Origin: Candidatus Onthovivens sp.
GTDB lineage: Bacteria; Bacillota_I; Bacilli_A; RFN20; CAG-826
Assembly: GCA_036746835.1 (NCBI GenBank)
Contig: DAIODM010000003.1
Coordinates: 1,033 to 65,032 of the forward strand
Direction of reading: 5' to 3'
DNA length: 64,000 nt
A model generated the notes under the pieces. The model was not told where the DNA came from, did not search any database, and saw only the letters and a list, made by a program, of their open reading frames with translations. Positions 19,307-28,528 of this stretch are shown here, in pieces. The position numbers were made by a program, and so were the translations under genes. Each line of letters starts with the position of its first letter. The first letter of the stretch is position 1.

Positions 19307-20177
19307 CTTTATTAGCAAAATCAATAATAATCGATTTTAGTTCGGCTTCTTTACGATAAATAATGTAGGTAGAACGTTTAACATTAAAGCTCTTGACATC
19401 AAGAACTTTTATTTTGCCTTCTTTTATTTCGTTTTCACAAACAGAAAGAGGTAAAACACTAATTCCATAATCAATTGAAACAAGATCTTTAATAATAGGA
19501 ATACTTTCAATTTCAAGAACAACATTATAATTGCTAATGTTATCTTCATTTAAAGTTAAGTAACTGGTAAAAAGGTTTCTTGTCGAAGATTTAGCGTGTC
19601 TTAAAATAAGTGGAATTGATCTTAATTCTTCAATATCAATATTAGTTTCATTGCATAAAGGGTTATTTGGACTTGCAATAAAAACAAGATTATCATTTAA
19701 GATTTTAATATATTGATGGTCCTTATCATCTTCAAGAATTTCATCACCGATTAAAAAATCAAATTCAAAAGTATCAAGACGTTCATATAATTCTTTTATA
19801 GGGTGAATATGAATACTAATTGAAGTTTTTTGATCTTCGTTTATTGTTTTTAAGATTTCTGGAACAAGATATTCACTTGTTGAAGGAGTCAATCCAATAT
19901 CAAGGTGAACTAAATTCTTTTTATAATCTTCGACTGCAATATGTAACGCATCATTAAGCGATTCAAGACGAGTGCAGTATTTCAAAATGAGCTTTCCTTC
20001 TTCAGTAAGGGTAAGGATTCTTCCATTCTTATTAAATAATTTTACATTAAACTCACTTTCAATTGCTTGAATATGTTGACTTACAGCGGGCTGTGTCATA
20101 TTTAAAATTTCAGCTGTTCTAGTAAAATTTAATTCTTTTGCAAGCGTTATAAACGTTAAAACTTTCGATTCAATCAT
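19293..20177 (-). CDS. LysR-family transcriptional regulator
   Basis: N-terminal HTH (LTFITLAKELNFTRTAEILNMTQPAVSQHIQAIE) plus a substrate-binding domain. Divergent from the antiporter gene. Confidence 0.9.
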   Translation of the reverse strand: MIESKVLTFITLAKELNFTRTAEILNMTQPAVSQHIQAIESEFNVKLFNKNGRILTLTEEGKLILKYCTRLESLNDALHIAVEDYKKNLVHLDIGLTPSTSEYLVPEILKTINEDQKTSISIHIHPIKELYERLDTFEFDFLIGDEILEDDKDHQYIKILNDNLVFIASPNNPLCNETNIDIEELRSIPLILRHAKSSTRNLFTSYLTLNEDNISNYNVVLEIESIPIIKDLVSIDYGISVLPLSVCENEIKEGKIKVLDVKSFNVKRSTYIIYRKEAELKSIIIDFANKVKRL

Positions 20178-20178
20178 A

Positions 20179-20201
20179 ACTATAAATTTTCCTTATAGTT
20201 A
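20179..20201. promoter_or_regulatory. Perfect 8-bp inverted repeat AACTATAA-N7-TTATAGTT enclosing the lysR-family gene SD
   Basis: Read directly. Lies 2 nt upstream of the LysR start codon, and the loop is the rc of AAGGAAAAT (the SD). It fits a T-N11-A type LTTR box or an RBS-sequestering hairpin. Confidence 0.5.
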
Positions 20202-20271
20202 TATTATAAATAATAATTTTACTTTATCAAACACTTAATCCATAATTTACGAAACTGAAGGAGAATTACAT

Positions 20272-21633
20272 ATGTTTGCAAATCTTTTTACGATGGAAAA
20301 ATTTTCGACTGTAGGCTTAATTTTACTTATATTAGGTTCTATGTTATTACTTGGATTCCTAGGAACAAGAATCACAAGAATTTTTAGATTACCTAATGTT
20401 ACGGCTTATATTGTCGTTGGAGTTTTAATTGGACCAAGTGTTTTTAATTTATTCCCAAGTGAATTACTTTCCGGAATGGATTTTATCACAGATGTTGCAT
20501 TATCTTTTATTGCTTTTAGCGTTGGAAGATATTTTAAACTATCTAGTTTAAAGCAAAATGGTAAAAAGGTTATTGTTACAACAATTTTTGAAGCTTTAAT
20601 TGCTGCAATTTTAGTAACGGTTGTTATGTATTTCTGCTTTAATTTCTCCTTATCATTCAGTTTAATTTTAGGTGCAATTGCTTCTTCAACAGCACCTGCA
20701 AGTACAATTATGACTATTAAACAAACTAAATCTAAAGGTATTTTCGTTGATACTCTTCTTCAAGTTGTTGCTCTTGATGATGTTGTAGCCTTACTTGCTT
20801 ATAGTGTGGCTATTGCCGTAAGCAACGCATCAAGCAGTGGAGCAGTTGATGTTATGAGTATTTTATGGCCTTTAATTTATAACTTCTCATGTATAGTTTT
20901 GGGTTTCGTTTTAGGTTATGTTTTACACTTTATTTTCAAATTCTTAAAAAATAAATCTGAAAGATTAATTGTTTTATTATCTTTCATTTTAATTAATGGA
21001 TTCATTTGCTCAATCGTAAGCGTTTCTCCATTATTATCTTGTATGCTTTTAGGAATGGCTTATATTAATTTCTCAGATGATGAAACAATCTTTGATGAAA
21101 TTAGTGACTTTAGTGATCCAATAATGGTTATTTTCTTCGTTTATAGTGGAACTAAATTATCTCTTGCAAGCTTAGCGACTTTAGGAATCCCAGGTATTGT
21201 TTATTTCTTTATTCGTGTAATTGGAAAATATGCTGGAGCTTCTTTAGGTGCAGCGATAACTAAATCTGATAAATCAATTACTAAATATTTAGGTTTAGCC
21301 TTAATTCCTCAAGCAGGTGTTTCAATTGGACTTGCAGCAATGGGCGCGAGACTTCTTCCTACTGAACTTGGAAATATGTTAACTACAATTATTTTAAGTA
21401 GCAGTTTACTTTATGAACTTGTTGGTCCAGCTTGTGCTAAACTCGCGTTAACATTATCAAAATCTTATGATGTAGAAGAATTTAAGAAAACTAAAAATAA
21501 AAAAGATGTTGAAGCGGAAGATATTGTTTATAACTATCATTACACTGATGAGACACAAATTCCTAAACACGATAGTCCATATAGTGCTAACTCTCCACAA
21601 TTTAAACTTTTCCATAGAAATAAGGATAATTAG
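20272..21633 (+). CDS. Cation:proton antiporter (Na+/H+ exchanger family)
   Basis: About 12 TM. N-terminal LPNVTAYIVVGVLIGPSVFNL is typical of the CPA family. Confidence 0.8.
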   Translation: MFANLFTMEKFSTVGLILLILGSMLLLGFLGTRITRIFRLPNVTAYIVVGVLIGPSVFNLFPSELLSGMDFITDVALSFIAFSVGRYFKLSSLKQNGKKVIVTTIFEALIAAILVTVVMYFCFNFSLSFSLILGAIASSTAPASTIMTIKQTKSKGIFVDTLLQVVALDDVVALLAYSVAIAVSNASSSGAVDVMSILWPLIYNFSCIVLGFVLGYVLHFIFKFLKNKSERLIVLLSFILINGFICSIVSVSPLLSCMLLGMAYINFSDDETIFDEISDFSDPIMVIFFVYSGTKLSLASLATLGIPGIVYFFIRVIGKYAGASLGAAITKSDKSITKYLGLALIPQAGVSIGLAAMGARLLPTELGNMLTTIILSSSLLYELVGPACAKLALTLSKSYDVEEFKKTKNKKDVEAEDIVYNYHYTDETQIPKHDSPYSANSPQFKLFHRNKDN

Positions 21634-21702
21634 TCATTTTTACTTTAAAAAGACAAGAAATTTAGTAAGATATTATCTATAATAATTAGGCGAGGATTTA
21701 TT

Positions 21703-23187
21703 ATGGAAGAAAAATTAAACGATCAAGAAGTCATCCGTAGACAAAAACTTGATAAATTAAAAGAACTTGGTGTTGATCCTTGGGGACAAAGATTTATTCG
21801 AACCGATTCAACCCAAACTTGTAAGGATAAAATTGCGGGAAAAACTAATGAAGAACTTGAAACTAATCAAGTTTACGTTACAGTTGCAGGAAGAATTATG
21901 CAACTTCGTAAAATGGGTAAAGCAAGTTTCTTAAACATCTTAGATAAATTTGGCAGAATTCAATGCTATATTTCAGTCGATACAGTTGGTGCAGAATCTT
22001 ATGAGATTTTTAAAACCAACGATATTGGCGATATTATCGGTGTTAGTGGACGTTTAATGTTAACTAAAACAGGTGAACCAACCATTCGTGTTGATAAATA
22101 TACATTCTTAACTAAATCACTTAAAGTTCTACCTGAAAAATATCATGGACTTGTTGATATTGAAGAGAGAAGTAGACATCGATATCTTGATTTAATTATG
22201 AACGAAGAAAGTCGTGATGTTGCAATTAAGAGAACCAAAATTATCCGTTCAATCCAACATTATCTTGATAATGAAGGATATATTGAAGTTGAAACAAGTG
22301 TTTTAAGTCCTATTCTTGGCGGAGCAAATGCTAAACCATTTATTACTCACCATAATGCGCTTGATAAGGATTTCTATTTACGTATTGCAACCGAACTTAA
22401 CTTAAAGAAATTAATCGTTGGTGGACTTGAAAAAGTCTATGAAATCGGTCGTATTTTCCGTAATGAAGGAATGGATGCTAAACATAATCCAGAATTTACT
22501 ACAATTGAACTTTATGAAGCTTATGGTAACCTTCAATCAATGCGTGAACTTTGGGAAGGATTAATTCGTAATACAGCTAAAGAAATTTGTGGCACAACTT
22601 GTGTTACATATGGCGATAAACAAATTGATTTTGGACCCGAATTTAGATGGGTTAGTATGGTTGATCTTGTTAAAGAAAAAACTGGTCTTGATTTTAACCA
22701 AGATTTAAAAGTTGAAGATCTTGTTAAATATTTTAAAGAAAAGAATATTCCAATGGAGAAACACTGGAATTCAACTGGTTACTTCTTAAATGCTTTATTT
22801 GATGAGTATTGCGAAGCTGAACTTATTCAACCAACCTTCGTTTATGGTCATCCTATCGAAATTAGTCCATTAACAAAGAAGAGTAAGGATCCAAGATTTA
22901 CTGAAAGATTCGAACTTTATGCAAATGGTTTCGAACTTGCTAATGCTTATACCGAACTTAATGATCCAATTGATCAAAAAGAAAGATTCGAAGCTCAACT
23001 TGCTGCTAAAGCAAGAGGTGATGAAGAGGCTAATGAAATGGATTTAGATTTCTTAGATGCTCTTGATTATGGTATGCCACCAACTGGTGGAATTGGTATG
23101 GGAATTGATAGATTGGTTATGCTTTTAACTAATCAAGAAAATATTCGTGAAGTTATTCTTTTCCCAACAATGAAAGACGAGCAATAA
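21703..23187 (+). CDS. lysS: Lysine--tRNA ligase (class II)
   Basis: OB anticodon-binding domain, motif 2 FRNEG and motif 3 GGIGMGIDRL. Confidence 0.97.
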   Translation: MEEKLNDQEVIRRQKLDKLKELGVDPWGQRFIRTDSTQTCKDKIAGKTNEELETNQVYVTVAGRIMQLRKMGKASFLNILDKFGRIQCYISVDTVGAESYEIFKTNDIGDIIGVSGRLMLTKTGEPTIRVDKYTFLTKSLKVLPEKYHGLVDIEERSRHRYLDLIMNEESRDVAIKRTKIIRSIQHYLDNEGYIEVETSVLSPILGGANAKPFITHHNALDKDFYLRIATELNLKKLIVGGLEKVYEIGRIFRNEGMDAKHNPEFTTIELYEAYGNLQSMRELWEGLIRNTAKEICGTTCVTYGDKQIDFGPEFRWVSMVDLVKEKTGLDFNQDLKVEDLVKYFKEKNIPMEKHWNSTGYFLNALFDEYCEAELIQPTFVYGHPIEISPLTKKSKDPRFTERFELYANGFELANAYTELNDPIDQKERFEAQLAAKARGDEEANEMDLDFLDALDYGMPPTGGIGMGIDRLVMLLTNQENIREVILFPTMKDEQ

Positions 23188-23197
23188 TTAATTAAAA

Positions 23198-23237
23198 TAT
23201 ACCCGATTCTCTTATTAAGAGAGTTGGGTATTTTTTT
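23198..23237 (+). terminator. Intrinsic terminator after lysS
   Basis: ATACCCGATTCTCTT-att-AAGAGAGTTGGGTAT followed by T7. Confidence 0.8.
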
Positions 23238-23347
23238 AATTTTATGACAAAACACAAAATACTTAAAAATATTGATTATTGGCCCTTTTCTTATTGAATT
23301 AAGAAATATTCATGCTATGGTATATATGCAACTTGAAGGAGAGAGTT

Positions 23348-24739
23348 ATGAAGAAGATAGATTTTTCAAATAAGAACACTTTAAATACTATTTTAAAACT
23401 CATCATTCCAGCAATGATTGCTCAACTTGTAAATGTTTTATATAACATTGTAGATCGTATATATGTTGGTAACATGAAAGATGTTGGTCAAATTGCATTA
23501 GTGGGGGTTGGTGTTTGTTCACCAATTACCACTTTTATAACTAGTTTTGCTTTCTTAGTTGGACTTGGAGCTGCTCCTCTTTTTTCTATATCTTTAGGAG
23601 AAAAGAATGAAGAAAAAGCAAAGAAAATAATGAGTAACGCCTTTCTTATGCTCATTGTTTTAAGTCTATTATTGATGCTTTTTATTTATCCATTTATCGA
23701 TAATATTTTATATACTTTTGGAGCTAGCAAAGATTCGTTTATTTATGCAAAAGAATATATTGTGATTTATCTTATTGGAACACTTTTTTCAATTGTTACC
23801 TTAGGATTAAATCAATTTTTAAGTGCACAAGGATTATCACTTGAAGCAATGTTAACAACTTTAATTGGTTGTGTATTAAATATGCTTTTAGATCCTTTAT
23901 TTATGTATGTTTTTAATTTAGGAGTGAAAGGCGCGGCAATTGCTACGGTTATTTGTCAATTTGCCTCTTGTTTATATCTATTATTCCTTTTATTTTTTAA
24001 GACAAAAGTGCGTTTATCTTTTGGTAATTATAGCTTGAAAACTATGTGGAGAATTATTGTATTAGGTTTCTCTCCATTTATTATTTTATGTACGGATTCA
24101 ATAATTATTATTGCTTTAAATACTGTATTAAAGGATTTTGGTGGGGATAATAGTGACTTTCTAATTGAAGTAGCAACTATCGTTCAAGCGTTTGAAGCCT
24201 TAGTTACTGGACCATTACTAGGAATTTCTTCCGGTACCCAACCTTTACTTGGATTTCTTTTTGGAGCAAAAGACACTGAATTAATTAAGAAAGCTGAAAA
24301 GCAAATAACTATTTGCGCTGTTATTTTTACATCACTTTGTTTTGCTTTCTCTTTCTTATTAAGTAGACCTTTTGCAACTATTTTTATTGGACTTGCCAAC
24401 ATGGATGGAACTGAAGATGTTATTAATGCATCTGTTAAATATATTCGTTATTACATGTATGGGATTATTCCTCTTTCTTTTCAATACGTTTTTGTTGATG
24501 GTTTAACTGGAATGGGACAAGCAAAATATTCTATATGGTTATCATTAAATCGAAAAGTTATTTTACTCTTACCAATCGTTATATTTTTGCCAATGATAAC
24601 TCACGATGCTACCTCAGCTTTTTATGCGGAACCAATCGCTGATATTGCTTCTGGAATTGTAAGTTCAATTGTCTTTTTAATCATCACTCCACGAATCTTA
24701 AAAAAACAAGAAAATGCTAAAGTAGAAGTTTCTTTATAA
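23348..24739 (+). CDS. MATE-family efflux transporter
   Basis: 12-TM protein with the N-terminal LKLIIPAMIAQLVNVLYNIVDRIYVG motif. Start moved to the ATG at 23348 (GAAGGAG SD) rather than the track start at 23312. Confidence 0.85.
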   Translation: MKKIDFSNKNTLNTILKLIIPAMIAQLVNVLYNIVDRIYVGNMKDVGQIALVGVGVCSPITTFITSFAFLVGLGAAPLFSISLGEKNEEKAKKIMSNAFLMLIVLSLLLMLFIYPFIDNILYTFGASKDSFIYAKEYIVIYLIGTLFSIVTLGLNQFLSAQGLSLEAMLTTLIGCVLNMLLDPLFMYVFNLGVKGAAIATVICQFASCLYLLFLLFFKTKVRLSFGNYSLKTMWRIIVLGFSPFIILCTDSIIIIALNTVLKDFGGDNSDFLIEVATIVQAFEALVTGPLLGISSGTQPLLGFLFGAKDTELIKKAEKQITICAVIFTSLCFAFSFLLSRPFATIFIGLANMDGTEDVINASVKYIRYYMYGIIPLSFQYVFVDGLTGMGQAKYSIWLSLNRKVILLLPIVIFLPMITHDATSAFYAEPIADIASGIVSSIVFLIITPRILKKQENAKVEVSL

Positions 24740-24840
24740 ATTGTTTAAATTTTTAGTGTTTCTATACGATATATTTATTGAAGGGCGATTAAAGTCATTA
24801 ATTCTTTACATTCAAGCTGATTTTATGTAAAATATTTCTA

Positions 24841-24914
24841 CGTTACGTTAGTAACGTTTCTTCTCTGCTGACACATTCGATGCCAGCCAGATAGTCCAAA
24901 GGGAGGGTTAAAAA
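24841..24914 (+). promoter_or_regulatory. Structured 5' leader of rpsF-ssb-rpsR (candidate S6:S18 autoregulatory leader)
   Basis: A promoter-like TTTACA-N17-TAAAAT lies just upstream. Hairpin ACGTTAC-gtta-GTAACGT, then an imperfect stem CTGCTGACA...TGCCAGCCAG immediately before the GGAGGG SD. Confidence 0.35.
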
Positions 24915-25211
24915 ATGAAAAAGTACGAATTATTGTACATTATCAAGGGTAGTTTAGACGAAACAGCTAAGAAAGCTGAAGTCGAAAAAACTAACAAACT
25001 TCTTACTGATTTAGGTGCTAAAATCACTAAATCTGATGAAGCAATTCTTGGTTTAAGAGACCTCGCATATCCAATTAAAGGTGAGAAAAAAGGATATTAC
25101 GTCGACTTAAAACTTGAACTCAATGATATGAAGGCAATTACTGAATTTGATCGTCTTACCAAAATCAATAGTAATATTATCCGTTATTTATTTACTGTTG
25201 ATAAACAATAG
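24915..25211 (+). CDS. rpsF: 30S ribosomal protein S6
   Basis: MKKYELLYIIK start. rpsF-ssb-rpsR synteny. Confidence 0.95.
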   Translation: MKKYELLYIIKGSLDETAKKAEVEKTNKLLTDLGAKITKSDEAILGLRDLAYPIKGEKKGYYVDLKLELNDMKAITEFDRLTKINSNIIRYLFTVDKQ

Positions 25212-25222
25212 GAGGACGCAAT

Positions 25223-25678
25223 ATGATTAATAGCGTAGTTTTAGTAGGTCGTTTAACTAAAGATATTGAAATTAGAAAAACTCAAAACAATTTAAGTGTT
25301 ACTAGTTTTAGTCTTGCCGTTGATGATCGAACAAAAGACGCCGAAGGTAATAAAACCACAAGTTTTATTAACTGTAGTGCTTGGCGCCAAAGTGCTGATT
25401 ATTTAGGTCAATACACTCATAAGGGAAGCTTAATTGGTATTGAAGGTTATCTTCAACAACGTAGTTTCACTCGTAGAGATGGCACTAAAGCAAACACCTT
25501 AGAGGTTGTTGTTAATCGTGTTACTTTACTTGAATCAAAAGGTTCTAGAACTCAAAGTGCTGGTGGTACAACTCAAACAGTTGAACCAACAAGTGCTCCA
25601 GTCGATGAACCAGACACATCGGAAGAGAAGACCGATGTTACTTCAGGTGATTTAACTGATGATGACTTACCATTCTAG
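25223..25678 (+). CDS. ssb: Single-stranded DNA-binding protein
   Basis: MINSVVLVGRLTKD OB fold and an acidic C-terminal tip DDDLPF. Confidence 0.95.
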   Translation: MINSVVLVGRLTKDIEIRKTQNNLSVTSFSLAVDDRTKDAEGNKTTSFINCSAWRQSADYLGQYTHKGSLIGIEGYLQQRSFTRRDGTKANTLEVVVNRVTLLESKGSRTQSAGGTTQTVEPTSAPVDEPDTSEEKTDVTSGDLTDDDLPF

Positions 25679-25697
25679 GTAGAAAGAGGAAAAAATT

Positions 25698-25925
25698 ATG
25701 GCATTCATGAAGAAAAGAATGAAGAAGAAAGTTTGCTATTTTACCAAAAATAAAATTACATACATCGATTACAAGGATGTTGAATTATTAAAGAAGTTCG
25801 TTAGTCCTAGTGGTAGAATTTCTCCACGTAGATTAACTGGCACTAGTGCTAAACCACAACGTGAATTAGCTCGTGCTGTTAAGAACGCTCGATATATGGC
25901 CTTACTTCCATATCTCGGAGAATAA
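25698..25925 (+). CDS. rpsR: 30S ribosomal protein S18
   Basis: [42 protein letters not shown]. Confidence 0.95.
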   Translation: MAFMKKRMKKKVCYFTKNKITYIDYKDVELLKKFVSPSGRISPRRLTGTSAKPQRELARAVKNARYMALLPYLGE

Positions 25926-25937
25926 TTAAGCAAATTT

Positions 25938-25963
25938 AAAGCCCTCTTAGTGAGGGCTTTTTT
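25938..25963 (+). terminator. Intrinsic terminator after rpsR
   Basis: AAAGCCCTC-ttagt-GAGGGCTTTTTT. Confidence 0.85.
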
Positions 25964-25980
25964 AATGCACCGATTTAGGG

Positions 25981-26038
25981 ATATTTCTTAATAAAGAAAT
26001 ATTAGTTTAATTGGCTTTTCTATTGTATAATAGAAAAG
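25981..26038 (+). promoter_or_regulatory. Two perfect inverted repeats upstream of gdpP, the second centred on a TATAAT box
   Basis: ATATTTCTT-aata-AAGAAATAT (25981-26002) and CTTTTCTATT-gtat-AATAGAAAAG (26015-26038). TATAAT lies at 26026-26031. Confidence 0.4.
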
Positions 26039-26048
26039 GTATTTTATT

Positions 26049-28076
26049 ATGCAAAAGAAAAAATTTAGAACTAATCTTGTTATATTAATTATTGCAGCGC
26101 TTATTGAATTAACAGTTGCTGTATTTGTTTTGCTTTATGTTTTTAATACTTTTGACTTACAAACAATTCTCTTACCTGAGACTTTGGGTTATATAACTTT
26201 AGGCGTTACTTTCCTTGATACTGTTTTATGTTTAATCTTAGCTCTTGTTGTTAATAAGATTCGAGATAAAACCGATATTAAAATGAGTGATGTTGTTGGA
26301 GCTGATATTAAAGAAGCCTATATGTTTGGTAAGATTGGTCTTGTAGTTGTTAACGAAGATGGAATTGTTTTATGGACTAATGATCTTCTTCAAGAAAGAC
26401 AATTTAATATTATTTCACGTAATATTTTTGAGTGGTGCCCTAAATTAAAAGATTTTTTGGAGCAAGATGTTGGAGATACTATTAACATTCAACAAAACAA
26501 CTTAGATTATCAAGTTAAATACCTTAAAGCTGCAGGATTATTTATTTTCCGTGATATTAGCGATTATGAATATTTATATCGTTACACAAGAGAACAAGCA
26601 ACCTGTGTTGGTATTATTATGATTGATAACTATGCTGATATTGTTGGCAACACCGATGTTGTTAATGATGTTATTAGTAATGTCCGAGATATCATTAATA
26701 GTTATGCTAAAAAGAATAATTGTCTTCTTAGACCATATCGTAATGATGCTTACTTTGTAATTTGTAATTATCAATCATTAAGCAATATGAAAAAAGATGG
26801 ATTCTCTTTAATCGATGATGTTCGTCATCTTAAAGTTAAAGAGACTATTCAACCAACTTTATCAATTGGTTTTGCTCATGATTTCCCAGATGTTAATAAA
26901 TTAAATGAAATGGCTAGTAATGCCATTGATATTGCTATGAGTAGAGGTGGCGACCAAGTTGTTGTCTCAAAATATGGCAGTGAACTAGAATTCTTCGGTG
27001 GCAAGAGTGAAGCTGTTGAAGTTGGTAACAAAGTTAAGATTCGTGTCTTTAGTGATTCACTTTTTAGTTTAATAGGTAGAGCAAGTAATGTTGTTATTAT
27101 GGGACACAAAGATATGGATATGGATGCTTTAGGTGCTTGTTTAGGCGTTAAAGCAATTTGTGATTCGCTTGGAAAAGAAGCTTTTATTGTTTTTGATCCA
27201 AAACTTACTGAACTTAAAACCCGTACGGCTTTTACAAGTTTATTTACTCGTGATCAAGTAGTAAAAATTGCTGTTTCTCCAAAAGAAGCAATTGAACTTG
27301 TTAAACAAGAATCTCTTGTTATTGTTTGTGATATTTCTCGTCCAACTTTAACAATGTGCCCAAAGATTCTTGAGCAAACCGATAAGATTGTTATTATTGA
27401 TCACCATCGTCGAGCTACTGAATTTATTGAAAACCCTGTTTTATTTAATATTGAACCAGGTAGTAGTTCTTCTTGTGAACTTGTGGCTGAAGTTATTAAG
27501 TACAATAGTAGAGTTGAAAAGATTTCTCTTGATCCTACTTTTGCAACAATTATGTTAAGTGGTATCTTCCTTGATACTGGATTCTTTAAATCGAAAACTA
27601 CCGGTTTAAGAACATTTGAAGCCTCAATGATTTTAAAAGAATATGGTGCAGATAATGCTCTTGCTGATGATTTACTTAAAGATGAATATGAAGAATATGC
27701 TCTTATTAATAAAATTGTTGGTACAATTAAAACCCCATATTATGGCGTTTGTTATTGTACTTGCGAAGAAGATGAAATTATTGAACAAGCAACTCTTGCT
27801 AAAGTCGCTAACCAATGTATCCAATTTAAAGGTATTAATGCTTGCTTTGTAATTGGTAAGACCGCTGAAGATACAGTGCGTATTAGTGCTCGTAGTGATG
27901 GAACAGTTAATGTTCAAATTTTAATGGAAAAAATGGGTGGTGGTGGTCACTATAGTATGGCGGCTGTCGCTATTAAAGATTCTACGGTTAAGAAAACTGA
28001 AGATTCTCTTCTTGAAGTTTTACAAAACTATCTTGGAGAAGCCCGTAGTAAAAAAGATGATACGAAAGGAAATTAA
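26049..28076 (+). CDS. gdpP: GdpP-type DHH/DHHA1 cyclic-di-AMP phosphodiesterase
   Basis: 2 TM, a PAS-like region, a degenerate GGDEF-like region, DHH (IIDHHRR) and DHHA1 (GGGGH). Conserved position before rplI-dnaB. Confidence 0.85.
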   Translation: MQKKKFRTNLVILIIAALIELTVAVFVLLYVFNTFDLQTILLPETLGYITLGVTFLDTVLCLILALVVNKIRDKTDIKMSDVVGADIKEAYMFGKIGLVVVNEDGIVLWTNDLLQERQFNIISRNIFEWCPKLKDFLEQDVGDTINIQQNNLDYQVKYLKAAGLFIFRDISDYEYLYRYTREQATCVGIIMIDNYADIVGNTDVVNDVISNVRDIINSYAKKNNCLLRPYRNDAYFVICNYQSLSNMKKDGFSLIDDVRHLKVKETIQPTLSIGFAHDFPDVNKLNEMASNAIDIAMSRGGDQVVVSKYGSELEFFGGKSEAVEVGNKVKIRVFSDSLFSLIGRASNVVIMGHKDMDMDALGACLGVKAICDSLGKEAFIVFDPKLTELKTRTAFTSLFTRDQVVKIAVSPKEAIELVKQESLVIVCDISRPTLTMCPKILEQTDKIVIIDHHRRATEFIENPVLFNIEPGSSSSCELVAEVIKYNSRVEKISLDPTFATIMLSGIFLDTGFFKSKTTGLRTFEASMILKEYGADNALADDLLKDEYEEYALINKIVGTIKTPYYGVCYCTCEEDEIIEQATLAKVANQCIQFKGINACFVIGKTAEDTVRISARSDGTVNVQILMEKMGGGGHYSMAAVAIKDSTVKKTEDSLLEVLQNYLGEARSKKDDTKGN

Positions 28077-28078
28077 TT

Positions 28079-28528
28079 ATGGAAGTTATTTTATTAGAGG
28101 ATGTTAAAGGCGTTGGTAAAAAAGGCGAAACAAAAACTGTAGCTGATGGTTATGCAATTAATTTTTTAATTGCTAAAAATTATGCAGTTAGAAAAACAAA
28201 TGAAGCTTTAAATACTTTAAAAAGAGAGCAAGCAAAAGAAGATGCTCATCAAGCAGAATTAAAAGCTTTAGCTTTAGAAAACAAAGAAAAACTTGAAAAG
28301 ATTACTCTTGAATTCAAAGCTAAAGGCGCTAAAAACCATATTATGATTGGTGAAATTTCTACTAAAGAAGTAGTTAAGGTTTTAAGTGAACAATATAAGA
28401 TTAATATCGATAAACGAAAGTTTGTTGATAAGATTAAAATCAATGCTTTTGGTGTAACTGTTTTAGAAAACGAACTTTATAAAGGTGTTGTTGCTAAAAT
28501 TAAGATTCACGTTGTTGAGGAAAATTAA
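28079..28528 (+). CDS. rplI: 50S ribosomal protein L9
   Basis: MEVILLEDVKGVGKKGETKTVADGYAINFL. Confidence 0.95.
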   Translation: MEVILLEDVKGVGKKGETKTVADGYAINFLIAKNYAVRKTNEALNTLKREQAKEDAHQAELKALALENKEKLEKITLEFKAKGAKNHIMIGEISTKEVVKVLSEQYKINIDKRKFVDKIKINAFGVTVLENELYKGVVAKIKIHVVEEN

